Assembly (NCBI GenBank): GCA_964016885.1
Contig: OZ024741.1
Coordinates: 193,192,001-193,256,000, forward strand
Length of the DNA stretch: 64,000 nucleotides
Direction of reading: 5' to 3'
Source: Eledone cirrhosa
Lineage: Eukaryota
This document shows positions 13,686 to 28,161 of this stretch, one piece after another; the first letter of the stretch is position 1; each line of letters opens with the position of its first letter. Below the pieces are notes generated by a model, which did not search any database, was not told the origin of the DNA, and saw nothing but the letters and a program-made list of their open reading frames with translations. Made by a program: the position numbers and the translations under genes.

Positions 13686-14243
13686 ATATATATATATATG
13701 AAGTATATGCCTGTGCATGAAGATATTATTTAAAGTGATGAAAGACTGTGCACTGAGCCAATCCCACTCTCTGAGTGACAGTAGCTATAACCCGAAAAGA
13801 AGAAAAGATCAACAGCATAGGTAACTACTGAACCGCAGGTTTTATATCGGAGTTATCCCAGTTTCCTGAATTGCCTTCTCCTAGAAGAATGCCCTGACAA
13901 AAGCTAGGGGACCTTCACTCCCAGTGGTTTAACCGCGCGATCGGGTGTCCAGCCCAACTATTTCTATGTCCCCGCGCATATACGTACGCATGAACCCATG
14001 TATATACACATATACATACATATGTACATGTGTATATACATATTTACACACTTTTAGATGGCCGTTGACTCTTTTGAGTTCTTTCGCCCTTTGTCAGGTT
14101 TTGTTTTTCGTCCTGCAGGGTGTCCCAATTCACCCTCCTCACCAAGTAAACTTGGTGAGGTTGCCGGTTTAGTCGCCGACTACCCGACCATGCGACAGAT
14201 TGTACTGGGTTACATGTTACCAGTAGCACTCAAGAGTGACCCG

Positions 14244-14305
<62 letters not shown>

Positions 14306-14372
14306 TTAGAGAGAGAGATATATATATATACATACATACATACATACATACATACATACATACATACATACA

Positions 14373-14404
<32 letters not shown>

Positions 14405-17400
14405 CGACGGATAAAAAACCCAAGATTTTGGCAAATCAACGCCTGTTTATATGCCTTACCAACGACAGTGAAGTCTTATCTTGGTGATAGCAGAGATATT
14501 AACAAGAACAGAACACCACCAAAAATACCATCATATACAACTAAAATAGAAAAAAAGATTGCTGACCTACGAAAAACCATAGGATATGTGACAATGCTCC
14601 TTACATACAAACAAACACAAAAAAACCTCACTCCTCACCGACAAAGATGTTTGGTAACAGTAGAACCAGAACTCTTCAATATAAGCTGAACACCCTCAAA
14701 CAAGAATTGAGAGCTGTTAGCGAAAAACGCCGATACCTGAAGAAGGTAGATGAGAGGAAAGTGCTTAATAAAAGATTCAGACGAAACCAAACATCAGTCT
14801 ATAGAGATATGAAGAACACAATAATAAGTGTCACTGAGGCCCCATCCCAGAAAGACACAGATTCCTTTTGGAGCATAATATGGGGTGAAAAGAAGTATTT
14901 CAACCAAGATGCAGTGTGGCTAAGAGAAATCCGAAAGAACTATTGCTCCTACACTACAACAAAAACATACGAAATAAGTGAGGGTACCCTTGAGACTGAG
15001 ATAGGAAAACTCCAAGATAAGAAAACACCAGGAAGAGACATGATTGTTGGCTACTGGTACAAAAAACTGATATTCTATCGGAGGTATCTTACTGACCTTT
15101 ACCAACAAGTTCTTAAGGGAGATACACTTATACCAGAATGGTGGACATTAGCACAAACATTACAGGTCCCCAAGAACAAAGACACCCACTTGGCAAAACA
15201 CTACCGACCCATTGCATGCCAAAACCTGATGTATAGGATGTATACAGCCTGCCTGAAGCTATTCCTCAAAGGTCACTGTGAAAATAATAACATCATCACA
15301 GGTGAACAAGCAGCTGGAAAGAAAGGGGTTTGGGGATGTGCTGAACAACTCCTAATCAACAAAACTGCGATGTCGGAGGTGCAACAAGTTAGGAGGAATA
15401 TGGCTACAGTCTGGCTGGACTACAGAAAAGCTTTCGATTCTGTTCCCCACTCTTGGATGATAGAGGCCCTCCAACTTGCTAAAGTCCCAGACATTATTGT
15501 CAGAGCCATAGAGAGGCTGTCTTCTTCTTGGGCTACTATCCTAAGGTTAAAGACAGAGAGGGAGGACTCTATTTTCACTGATAAAATAAAATATTGCAGG
15601 GGCATATTTCAGGGGGATAGTCTCTCTGTGATATTATTCATCTTGTCATTAAACCCCTTGTCCTTTCTGCTCAAGAAATGTGAGGGATACATCATTGGCT
15701 CACGGGAGGACAGAAATACGAACCTAACCCATAATTTCTTTGTGGACGATCTGAAACTCTATGCCAAGAAGATGGATGGGATGAAGAAAGATCTTGACCT
15801 GGTTACAACGTTCTCAAAGGATATAGGAATGGAGTTTGGCCAAGATAAATGCTCATAGATGACTGTAAAGCGGGGGAAAACAACAACCCAATCTAGCAAC
15901 ATTGTCATCAATGGCCTAACTGTTTCACCGATATCTGATGAGGACTGCTACAGATACCTGGGGATAGATGAGAACATATCCTATAATGGTATCTGTAATA
16001 AAGAACGTGTAACCAGGAAATACTACACCCGATTAAGAAAGATCTGCTCATCGGAACTCTCTGCGCAAAACAAAACAATGGCTCACAATATGTTTGCTGT
16101 GCCTGTCCTAACACCAAAGTTTGGAATACTCAATTGGACGATATACGAAATCTGAGCAGTTAATGTTGGAACTCGAAAAATATTGAAAAACACCGGAAAC
16201 TTCCACATCAACAGTGACATAGACCGCCTTTACTTGAAACGGAAGCAGGGAGGCAGAGGCCTAACATCAGTCCAGACATTTGAATATCGCATCATATCTC
16301 TCCGACAACATCTACGAACCTCGAAGCGTAGGAGCCCGTTTCTCGAGCAAGTCTATCTGCATGAAACAGATAAGATCGTGAGAGTTAGGAAGGAACTCCT
16401 CGAGAGATATTCCCTGTGTGATAATCAAAAACTCACTCACACCCAGGGAAGTCGCTCAGCAGTATCGCAGTAAATTCATGGATGAAAAGCTGCATGCTTA
16501 TCAGCAAAAAAACCATGCATGGATATGTTGCCAGGAATCTCCAGAGTGAGAGTAATAAAGATAAGGAAAGCAGTTTATCTTGGACCAACAACCGCTATAT
16601 TGGCTCCCACTTTGAAGGAAATACTTGATTCACAAAAGAGATAGGGATGCAGGCAAAATACCTAGATGTGATAACAAGTGCAGACTCTGCAGAACTAACA
16701 TCGAGGATATCACCCAAGTCATCAGCAGCTGTCCAAAGATGTCATCGCGGTACCTATGAAGCATGATGTAGTGGCCAAAACACTGTACAATGCAGTTCGT
16801 AAAAAAGATAGCCCCGATATTAAACACATTAAAAGCTACAGCAATGTGGAAGACATCCATATACATAATATGAAAGAGTACTGGTGTAATGTTCCAGTAA
16901 AAATCCCAATAAAATGCAGGCATAACAGACCAGATATTATGATATGGGACAGGGAGAAGAAAGCATGCACAGTAGTGGAAATTAGCTGCACAGCAGATGC
17001 CAATATAATATCAAAGTTTAGCGAAAAGGAGAATATTTATGCAGAACTGATGAGAAATCTGCAGATACTCCACCCTGATTAGACCTTCAGATTTATACCT
17101 GTCATTATTGGGGCACTGGGGTATGTTAGTAATTGCCTCAATACAAATATTGAGAAGCTAGGTTTCACAAGAACAGAAAGAACACAACTAGTTAGGAAAT
17201 TACAAGTACAATCCATTAATGGAACAGTAAAAATATGTAAAACATTCCAAAAATTGTGCATGTAATAACTGCATATACACATGTACAGCTACAAAGCATA
17301 TACACATGCACACATACAACTCAAAACATACGCAACCACACATACAATAACATCCATACCTACACATGCAGGCATGCATACATATCTACCTAGTTGGTGT

Positions 17401-17494
17401 TGTGTAAATTCCAATGAGAGAGTCTTGTATCTATGTTAGAAACCGACTCTCTCTCTATTGGGAAAAATTTGTGAAATTATAAAACCAGAAGAAC
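14405..17494 (+). mobile_element. R4-like RLE LINE (disrupted) flanked by (CATA)n
   Basis: ORFs 14647-17082 carry YRPIAC, DYRKAFDSV, GIFQGDSLS, FVDD, YLGI, KHD and HNRPD...VEIS. (TACA)n at 14329-14401 upstream, catacatacata tail near 17494-17505. Confidence 0.88.
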
Positions 17495-17664
17495 ATACAT
17501 ACATATATAGATATAATCAAACAAACTTGCGCAACGCATACATATATATATATATGTAGAAGTTCTATTTAAATTATTGGGATACTATCCGGGAGCTTCC
17601 AACAGAAATTGTCGCATTCTTTAAGTGTATGTCAATATTTATTCATAAAACTGTTCTATATTAT

Positions 17665-17727
17665 ATTTTATCTGATGAAAGCACACCATAATTTAACTTG
17701 GTGTCCTTGAAATGTGTATAATGAAAT
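17665..17727 (+). ncRNA. Type I hammerhead ribozyme
   Basis: Stem I attttat/atgaaat, CTGATGA, stem II aagcacacca/tggtgtcctt, GAAA-t-gtgt-ATA. Confidence 0.72.
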
Positions 17728-17770
17728 AAATATGGTTTTATAAATATAGTTTCCATTTGTTAATATATCG

Positions 17771-17820
<50 letters not shown>

Positions 17821-18172
17821 AGCCTGGGTGTGCGTTTCAGTCTGCACACACATGCATACATATAGATATAATAACTATATATGTAAACAATTAACTTAAT
17901 ATACACTGATAATGCCATAGCTTCTCTTCCTCCCAATGCATCAGCAGTGATTTCCAGCAAAGTAGCTTCTTCATGCTTACCAATCTATATATGGAATTTC
18001 GCTCGGAATAACCTTGGTAACCACAAACCATTCAACACGTTTCCACCTCATCACCAAGACATTCGAAATATTTCAACACTGTGCATCATGTGACTATGTA
18101 TGCATTCTAGATATGTGTGTATGTATTGGTCAGTTATATATATATAACTGACCATCACACATGCACACACAC

Positions 18173-18287
<115 letters not shown>

Positions 18288-18437
18288 CATACGTATATGT
18301 AGAGGTTATATTTAATTTGTTGGGATACAACAAGCAAAATATTTTTATAACTGATATAAAGCACTCAACAAATTATTGGAATAAATTAAATATACAATAT
18401 ATTAACAAATGGAAACTATATTTATAAAACCATATTT

Positions 18438-18501
18438 ATTTCATTATACATATTTCAAGGGCCACCAAGGCAGATTATGGTGCGCTTTCATCAGATAAAA
18501 T
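18438..18501 (-). ncRNA. Type I hammerhead ribozyme (inverted copy)
   Basis: Reverse complement reads attttat CTGATGA aagcgcacca...tggtggccctt GAAA tatgtATA atgaaat. Confidence 0.7.
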
Positions 18502-18589
18502 ATAATATAGATTAGTTTTATAAATAAATATTGACATACCCTGAAAAATGGTGAAGGTTGCATTTTTGTACTCACAGACTTTAGACTTT

Positions 18590-18890
18590 AGATAACGTTG
18601 AAAGAGGCAGAGGGCTAAACAATGCAAAATGGACTGTAAGATGAGGCAACGAATAGTAAGTTACCTGGTAAACTTTGTTTTGTTTTTTGTTGTCCTTTTT
18701 TCTGTCCAATATTTCAGAACCTAAAAGTCCCTTCTTCAGGGTTTAAGGAACTTTCATTGGATACTGTTCCAATTTCCTCTCTTTGGGATTAAATTTTGAT
18801 TTTGATTTAAATTTTACTATGTCGTTTTCAAGCGTGTTTTGATGGTTAATATGCTTTTCACGAGAATGACGTCAATTGCCAATATAGTAT
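18590..18890 (-). mobile_element. Penelope-like 3' terminal fragment (same family as 6120-7270)
   Basis: Aligns by eye with 6160-6430. Degenerate ctgaaga-stem-gaaa motif at about 18710-18740 on the minus strand. Confidence 0.7.
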
Positions 18891-18894
18891 TATC

Positions 18895-21165
18895 GATAAT
18901 AATACAAGATGAAGGAGTTGTTGTTTGCGGAGACATATCCGGGTGTAGGAGATTTATCCGGGATTTCTTGAAGGAATTTGTCCAAAGAGTTCTTGAACTT
19001 TATGGGGTCTGTTTCTGTTTTAATATGTTTTGGTGTAATGTTAAAGAGAGCGGGGCCAATTGAGGTGAAATAATTGTGCCATATTGTTGTTATGAGATGC
19101 GAGTTTGATTTTTGTTGTGAGCGGGTAGTACGGGGCCCAAGCTCTAGTTGTATCTTAAAGATGATGCCAACATCATTTGGGCAATGCTGATGGAATATTT
19201 TCCACATCATGCAGATAATGTAGCGCTCACGGTGGTGTTGGAGAGAATAAAGTTTGGGTTTTACTATCTACCCCAATAGTCAAGGCCTGTCATGCCAACT
19301 GTCCTTTTTGTGATTGACCTTTGAGGAGCTTCAATTTTCATAATACTTTGTTTAATGGGGGGAGACCGGAGTGGACATGGCCCGTTTCTCCTCAGCTGTT
19401 CTTTGGTTATTGATGATGGTCTTTACGCATTGCTGGAGGTTATATTTATATTTTTTTTATTCGAACAGTGCGGTAGCCATCGAATGTGTGTTGCCGTTGG
19501 CAGTACTTTTTTGTTAATTTTTTTGTTTGTTCTTTTTATTTGTATGATAATAGTTTTTTTGTTTGGGGGATTCTGCACTTAGTTTTGTTCCCAGGTCTTG
19601 GTGGGGTGTGTTTTGCACATATGTTTGTGACAGTGTCTACAAAAATCTGCCAAGATGTTTTGATGTTGGTGGAGATGTGTGCGTGAGTAAAATACCAGTA
19701 AAATACTCGTTCATGATTGCATCCCAGTTGGCATTATAGAGATCCATGTTACCAAATGGGTGGGCTGGAGAGAGGTCCCTCGGTTTAGCTTTCGGTTGGT
19801 GGAATCTCAGGTTACAAAAAACCATGTCATGGTCAGAAAGAAGAGTTTTTTTCTACTGTAATATTATGAATAGTGTTAGTGTGGTTACTAAACACTAGGT
19901 CCAAAGTGTTCTTCTGAAATCTTGTTGATGCAAGTAAAAGTTGGGACATGAAAATCTCATTCATAAAGTCGAGAAGTGACACGACTGCTTCTTTGTCAGC
20001 GGTTGAGGTGGGAGTGCTTGGTTTCAAACTGTTTGTAGATCAATCAACACGGTAGATTAAAGACTCCCATCATAAGTATGTTACCAGAATTGCACTGTTG
20101 AATAAAGCACTTAATGCTATTGGGGCATTCTTTAAAGTGCATTATGGGTGTTTGGGGTGGCCTACAGAGCCCTACTACTATCAAGTCATTGGCTTTATTG
20201 TGCACGGTAACTGATTCACACTAGCCATTGGAGAATGTGATATTTCCATCTAGCGTAAAGAAATCATGTAGGAAAATGGGAGATCCACCCTTCCTTTTGC
20301 CGACACAATCCACGCGGATGGTTGTGAAATTCCCCACTTTCACTTCGGCTTCCAAGTGTGAATTGTCAAGGTGAGTCTTAGTAAGAATGAAGAAAGGGAT
20401 GTGGTATGGATAGTTACCAAACAATCCTCAATGAATTGGACCTTCCATTTTTTGTGCATTGATGGAAGGGCTGGCACTTTGTGTATTCGGTAGAAATGTG
20501 GAGTCTAGTGTAGTGGCTGGTTTTGACTGTTGTAGGGGGACTTGTTTTGTGTTGCTTGTAAGTGACAGTCATGGGGAACGTAGGTGCACTGGAGTAATAG
20601 CGTACAATGGCGTTGTGTGATGGCTAGAAGGATTTCTCTGTATCTCTTTTGCCAGTTTCATCATGGCTACAAAAGAATTTTCCTGCTTAGGGAGTAGTTT
20701 TGAAGTGGAGGTGTGGTTGCATTGTTGGATAGGTTTGTAGTTTCCGCTTTTGTTGTTGTCGTTTTTGTGTCTTTGTGAAAAGACTGGACACACATTACTG
20801 TAGCAGGGGTCTTTTTACAGTGGTTTATGTGTTGGATTGGAGCCCCGTTTCTGTTAGTGCGTCGGGTCCCTGGAAGGTGAGTAAAGGGACACTCACGCAG
20901 CAGCAGACAGTCTCTCACGTTGGGAATACCACCAGATTTTAGGATTCCGAGTTATGCGTGTTTTAGCGTTAAATTTTCTATTTGGTGGTGTTGATGTTAA
21001 TGTTATTGTGGGATGCGTGCTTTGGCCTTTGCTAGTAGTGTTTGTATGAATTGTGCGTCTTGTCCCAGGTAGATGTGTGAAGATGCAGTCACTATGTGTT
21101 CAGAGCCTCTGACGAGGTGAATAACGGCATATTTTGGGGTCTCTTGTTTGTGTCGTGGGAGGCGC
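18895..21165 (-). mobile_element. CR1-group LINE, decayed, RT core deleted
   Basis: APE motifs (ILTKTHL, RKGG, NTLDLVFSN) and C-terminal RERY, LFN..P, FKNSLDKFLQEIPD. Cys/His-rich ORF1 remnants upstream. Confidence 0.72.
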
Positions 21166-21430
21166 ATATATATATATATATATATATAAACGTTTGTATA
21201 TGTATAATAAAGCCAAAACGATGCAGGTATGGACATAGGATAAAGAATGCAAATGCAAAAGATATTGTTGACAATTAGTCTTCTACCTTAGATTTATTTA
21301 AATGTCCTTAACTTTCGAGATAATATCGCTTCTTCGGAGGGAAGTAAAGCGGTTAAACCAGTGTTCTAAATAGCTTGCCAAGTCATGCTGACAGGAAATG
21401 GTATAGAGTATCTGTTCCATCTCTAATGTG

Positions 21431-21819
<389 letters not shown>

Positions 21820-22269
21820 TCGTCAAAATTGAGGGATTTATAGTAAAACAGGTAATAATTCCTTGGTTTCATTCTATGCGTGTTTGCTTGTATCTGTAAG
21901 TTTTCTTTGACCTTTGCAAACGTCATAAAGCTGTATTTGAGCATAGATCGTGCCGGAATGTAGGGATATTTTAAAACGTAGCTGTGCCCATTTCTTTTCC
22001 GGGTCTGAATACACCAGATTTCTTCCAGAGAAGGATAAGGAGTGAAAGAATGGAAGTGAGAAAGAGATATAGGCGAAGGATCTACTGGTATTTTTTTAAT
22101 CGACCACAAATGGATGAAAGGCAATGATGACCTCACCGAGCAGAGTACCGAAACGAATACTGCACATCAATTTATCCGATGTTCTAACGATTCTGCCAAT
22201 ATATACATACATACATACATACATACATGCATACATACATGCATAGACACATACATATATATATATCCT

Positions 22270-22486
22270 CTAAACGATCGACTTTCGTCAAATCGGACCG
22301 AGGAACAATGTTTCCGTTGGTCTTTCCAGTTGCTAGTACTATCTATCGGTCACAACTCCAGGTAGAAGGAGAAACGTGAAATAAAGTGTCTTGCTCAAGG
22401 ACATAATGCATCACCTGGTCCGGGAATCGAACTCACAACCTCACGATTGTGAATTTAATTCTCTAACCACGCAGTCACACGCCTTC
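22270..22486 (-). mobile_element. tRNA-derived SINE with CORE-like domain
   Basis: Minus strand reads gcgtggttag...gagttcgattcc...tgtccttgagcaagacactttatttcac. Confidence 0.75.
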
Positions 22487-22488
22487 AT

Positions 22489-23369
<881 letters not shown>

Positions 23370-23859
23370 TATATATATATATATACTATAAATTATGTCT
23401 ATAGAATCATTTGATAATATATATACACCATTTCCTCTCCCAATTAGCATAATTAACCACACAAAAAATCAATTAGACCAGGCTATAAGATTAAAAGCAC
23501 CTATGAAGAAATAGTAGATAAATAAACGACAGCAATCTCTTCGCGGCCAACCGCCCTAGAATATTTACCCAACATTTCAACAGCACGTGGAAATCGATTA
23601 AATATACCGTCAACCATACACAATTAGGTATAAAATTAAAGTTAGAAGAAATGCATATACACATACCAGGATTACGTTTCTACGCCTTAGGGTTTCGTTC
23701 GGGGACGAATTCGGTAGAAGTAGTTCCACAACAGCTGTTCCACACCATAGTTTCACACAGTACCGAGAACAAATGTTTCACCTTATTAGACCGAGTTAAG
23801 GAGCCGAATATGTGTTCTCGGTATGGTGAACTAACAGTTGTGGAATTACTTCTATATAT

Positions 23860-24757
23860 CTAGAGCGGGTAAAATTCCCGAGATCCTTGGACGAGTTCTC
23901 TCCAGCGGTCTCTGTCCCTCATCATCGCTGCCATGTCCTGCGTCGCCAGGAGACCAGTGTCTGTCCATAGGACATCAGCATATGCCAACCTCGGTCTCCC
24001 TCTTCCAGTGGATGTCAGTGAGCACGTCCAGTTAACCTCAGTCTCCTCTGTGCTATTCTCGAGCTGACTTTTGGGAGGCTCCCGTACAGCTCAGAGTTCT
24101 TCAGCCTCAGTGTATACTGATTAATGTTCAGAGCCATCCTCAGAATTCTCGTGTAGCACCCATCCACCATCTGAGTGAGTTAGGAAGGCCTTTGATTCCG
24201 TGAACCGTCACTGGCTGATGAAGATCTTACATGCTTATGGAATCCCCAAGAAGATAGTGGACCTGATATCACCGCTCTACACTAACACAAAAGCCCAAGT
24301 CATTACACCTGGTGGGATGACGGTGTTCTTTGAGACACCGGCTAGAGTGCTCCAGGATACATTGGCTCCCTACCTTTTTATTATCACAGTGGACTATTGT
24401 ATGTGCCTTGTGCTGGAGAAACACCAGGACTCTGGCTTTACTGTGTTGATGAGTGTGGGACTGAGAATGAATGAGATTAAGACGAAGTATCTGGTAGAGA
24501 ATATTAAGAATCCAGAGAAGATTACTAATATAGGGGGGAAGCCGCTAGAATTGGTTGAGGACTTCCTGTATCTAGGAGCAAAGATTGGAATACAGAAGAT
24601 AATGTGGTCGAGAGGAAGAGCAAAGCCTGGGCGGCGTGCCACATTTAAAGATCGGTGTGGAAGTCGGACCTTCGTAAAGACCTGAAGATCGGTCACTTCG
24701 TTGCTGTTGCGGAGTCGGTGCTGCTGTACGCGTCTGAGACTTCTCTGACCAAGAAAC

Positions 24758-24760
<3 letters not shown>
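23860..24760 (-). mobile_element. RTE LINE with inverted 5' segment
   Basis: Minus 23860-24180 reads YTRILRMALNI..ELYGSLPKVS..RRLRL..GRGRPR. Plus 24181-24760 reads KAFDSV..DTLAPYLF..FLYLG..ESVLLYASETSLTKKL. Confidence 0.78.
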
Positions 24761-24810
<50 letters not shown>

Positions 24811-24814
24811 TATA

Positions 24815-25010
24815 TCAAAGAAGGTGTGTTAAGATACCAGGTGGACCATAACGCACCAGAGTACTCGATACGTAAGGTAATAGGGTGGATAATAGGAAAA
24901 AAGTCACGACCCTGACGGTTGAGCCCCTGCCGTTTCGACAGCTAGATCCAAACTGTTCGGATCTAGCTGTCGAAAAGGCCGGAGTTCAGCCATCGTGGTC
25001 CTGACTCTTT
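24815..25010. mobile_element. Diverged family F fold-back element in (TA)n
   Basis: gaccataacgcaccagagtactc end. Inverted centre tttcgacagctagatcc/ggatctagctgtcgaaa. Confidence 0.8.
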
Positions 25011-25012
25011 AA

Positions 25013-25125
<113 letters not shown>

Positions 25126-25164
25126 TATAGTCTATATATATATACATACACACATACATACATC

Positions 25165-25239
<75 letters not shown>

Positions 25240-25254
25240 GAGAGAGAGAGAGCA

Positions 25255-25912
25255 GCGAAGCTGTACAGTCGGGACATTGAGAGAAAATAGTTATATATGT
25301 GAGTCTATTACTTCTTCTTACTTTATAATTTGTTACATAGCTCTGATATCGAGTCAATATAATTATTTCGATTGTTTTGTCTCTCATAATCTCAGAACAC
25401 CACTGGTTAAGGTCGACAACACACACACACTCACATACTTGTGAAAAAATATATGCGTATATATACATGTATATGTATGTGTGCACATATATGTGCGTAC
25501 CTCTCATTATTGTCTCAAACTTCCACACGGAACTATAGTAACTGTTTTTAAGCAAACACTATAACCACTTTCAGTCAACCTTATCCCCACCCCTCCTCCA
25601 ACCTCAGTATCCTGTATTAATTTCTCCTCCGCTTTTTTGAGATATTTTTCAATGCTACAAGTGATTTAGTCCTCTTTTTTGACCGATGTATCACGTGATA
25701 ATCTCTCCCTCCACCTTTCTGAGATTTTCTCGCTTGCTACGAACGTGTCTAGAAAGCGCTCTTTCCCTGAGGAGTTCCCTTGAGAAGCTGGTTTGCCTCA
25801 CAACAATGTTACACCTCTATGATGTAAACTTGTTGCATACTGACCAACGAAACTGTACAGTCGGGACATTGAGGAAATCTGTGTCTATTACTTCTTCTTA
25901 CTTTATAATTTG

Positions 25913-25916
<4 letters not shown>
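25255..25916 (+). mobile_element. Non-coding element with partial terminal direct repeat (Penelope pLTR-like)
   Basis: ctgtacagtcgggacattgag...gtctattacttcttcttactttataatttgtta occurs at about 25261-25335 and 25853-25915. Confidence 0.72.
25776..25866 (+). ncRNA. Type I hammerhead ribozyme, U3-A8 core variant
   Basis: Stem I tccc/ggga, core TTGAGAA, long stem II gctggtt/gaccaac with inner caacaa/ttgttg, GAAAC-tgtaca-GTC. Confidence 0.7.
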
Positions 25917-25956
<40 letters not shown>

Positions 25957-26430
25957 ATAAAAGATGAAATCGAAAATGCAACTGGAGTCATTTTTTAAAA
26001 AATATATTTATCTGGTTCCTTTACCGGTTTCGCAGTTGTTGTGCTTTTCAAAAGTAGAATTGAGATGGAAGGTTTGTGGTGGAAACAATCCGAAGAAGAC
26101 GGTCTGATCGAACCTATATATGAAGTCTGATAGTATGCAGTTATATAACTGCTATAGATCGGACAATATGTCAATATGATCAACTCTTCGAAACGATCGT
26201 AAAACAATGATATGAATAGGTAAAATAACGCGACTTTGTTGTTATTATTTTCATTGTTAATTTAATACCTAATATCTGACTCTGTATGTAAGGAATTAAC
26301 TCAGCGGATCACGGAACCTTTCTATGGATTTCACTGGATTACTCGCCATCAGATTACATTGAGTTCTATCTACGATAGGGACCCTACCCTCTAGGGTAGA
26401 CCACATTGAATATATATATATATATATATA

Positions 26431-27348
26431 AATGAAAAGGTTCAGGACCCCGACGGCAGAGCTCAAGCCTTTTTCGACGGCTATTTCTGGACTAAATTCA
26501 ATATTTAGCGTGGTAATGAAATAGCCGAGCTTTTCAAGGGGTAATTCCATATATGGGCATGCGATAATCCGGTATTTCAAAAGGATTGGTCGAAGTTTCT
26601 TTTAAACACAGTTAATTCTTTCATGGCGGTGGGTAGGGGGTGGAGGTGGCTGAAGTTGCCTGTAGAACAATGAGGGAGTGGGTGAAGCCGGTCAAGCGTT
26701 AAAAGTAAATTCTATACAGGAAATGTTAAGGAGTGTGGATGAGATAGGTTAGCTAGAAAGCAAGCGGAAAAAAGAATTATACAGGAATCTGAAAATTATA
26801 AAATAAAAAATAAAATAGAGTCTAAAACAGCTGCTATATTTTTAGCTGGTGTTGCGTTTGCAGCCAATGTTATATAGAATTCACGGGAGTGGAAGTACTG
26901 AGGCTACAAAAGATTCCTGTATAATTCTATTTTCGCTTGCTTTCTAGCTAGCCTATTTCATCCACACTCCTTAGAATTTGCTGTATAGAATTTACTTTTA
27001 ACGCTTGACCAGCTTCACTCACTCCCTCGTTGTTCTACGGGCAAGTCAGCCACCCCCATCTCTTACCCACCGCCATGAAAGACTTAACTGTGTTTACAAG
27101 AAACTTCGACCAATCCTTTTGAAACCCTGATTATCGCATGCCCATATATGGAATTACCCCAATGAAAATTTCGGCTATTTCATTACCACGCTAAAAATTG
27201 AATTTAGTCCAGAAATAGCCGTCAAAACGGCTTGAGTTCTGCCGTCGGGGTCCTGAACCTTTTCCTATTACCCACTCCACTATCCAAAGTATCGAGTACT
27301 CTGGTGCGTTATGGTCCATCTGGTTCCTTACCACACTTCCGTCATTAT
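26431..27348. mobile_element. Largest family F fold-back element (about 360-bp arms) in (TA)n
   Basis: 26435-26790 is inverted relative to 26910-27263. The right arm extends about 85 bp further. Confidence 0.88.
26447..26542 (-). ncRNA. Type I hammerhead, U3-A8 variant (stem III mutated); inverted degenerate copy at 27156-27251
   Basis: Reverse complement reads acccc TTGAAAA gctcggctatttc...gaaatagccgtc GAAA aaggc..gcc GTC ggggt. Confidence 0.62.
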
Positions 27349-27577
27349 ATATATATATATATATATATCGTTTCTGAATTTGTTTAGCAAGATTCTTTAT
27401 CTGAAAACGGATGTTGAAACCGATATTGTTATACTTTGGGAGGGTCATGTTGTCAATAAGAGACTCACGCCCCAGTTGCTTTCACTTCAATTTATTATAA
27501 ATAAAATTAAAAATTTAAAAATTTATAAATTTTCGGTTGGTTGGTTGGTTCCACAACCGGACGGTTGTTTATATACT

Positions 27578-27620
27578 GTCAAAGTTCTTTCGTCACACAT
27601 GCTGTGACCTCTTCAGTGAC
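27578..27620 (-). ncRNA. Minimal type I hammerhead
   Basis: Exact inverted copy of 27817-27859. Confidence 0.68.
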
Positions 27621-27686
27621 TCGGGATTCTTTTCTTTGTTTTGTGCCTCTCCTTTGTTCTGTTCTACGCCATGTAGAGAAGAATCC

Positions 27687-27720
<34 letters not shown>

Positions 27721-27816
27721 GGATTATTTTCTTTGCTTTGTGCCTCTCCTTTGTTCTGTCCTACATGGCGTAGGACAGAACAAAGGAGAGGCACAAAACA
27801 AAGAAAATAATCCCGA

Positions 27817-27859
27817 GTCACTGAAGAGGTCACAGCATGTGTGACGAAAGAACTTTGAC
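27817..27859 (+). ncRNA. Minimal type I hammerhead
   Basis: Stem I gtca/tgac, CTGAAGA, g-gtcac/gtgac, GAAAG-aa-CTT. Confidence 0.68.
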
Positions 27860-27919
27860 AGTATATAAACAACCGTCCGGTTGTGGAACCAACCAACCAA
27901 CCGGAAATTTATAAATTTT

Positions 27920-27980
<61 letters not shown>

Positions 27981-28003
27981 ATATATATATATATATGTAT
28001 ATA

Positions 28004-28161
<158 letters not shown>

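Larger units (their letters stand above)
27513..27924. mobile_element. Palindromic element with nested duplication and two hammerheads
   Basis: 27513-27660 is inverted relative to 27775-27924. Flanked by (TA)n. Confidence 0.85.

Noticed and set aside
17890-18070. Possible host exon (LEITADALGGREAMALS)
   Set aside because: No recognisable homology or convincing splice-site pair. Lies inside an inverted repeat element.
26431-27348. Fold-back elements as MITE/Foldback DNA transposons
   Set aside because: Arms are consistently asymmetric, the turnaround point varies and ribozyme motifs are present, which favours a Penelope-type retro origin.
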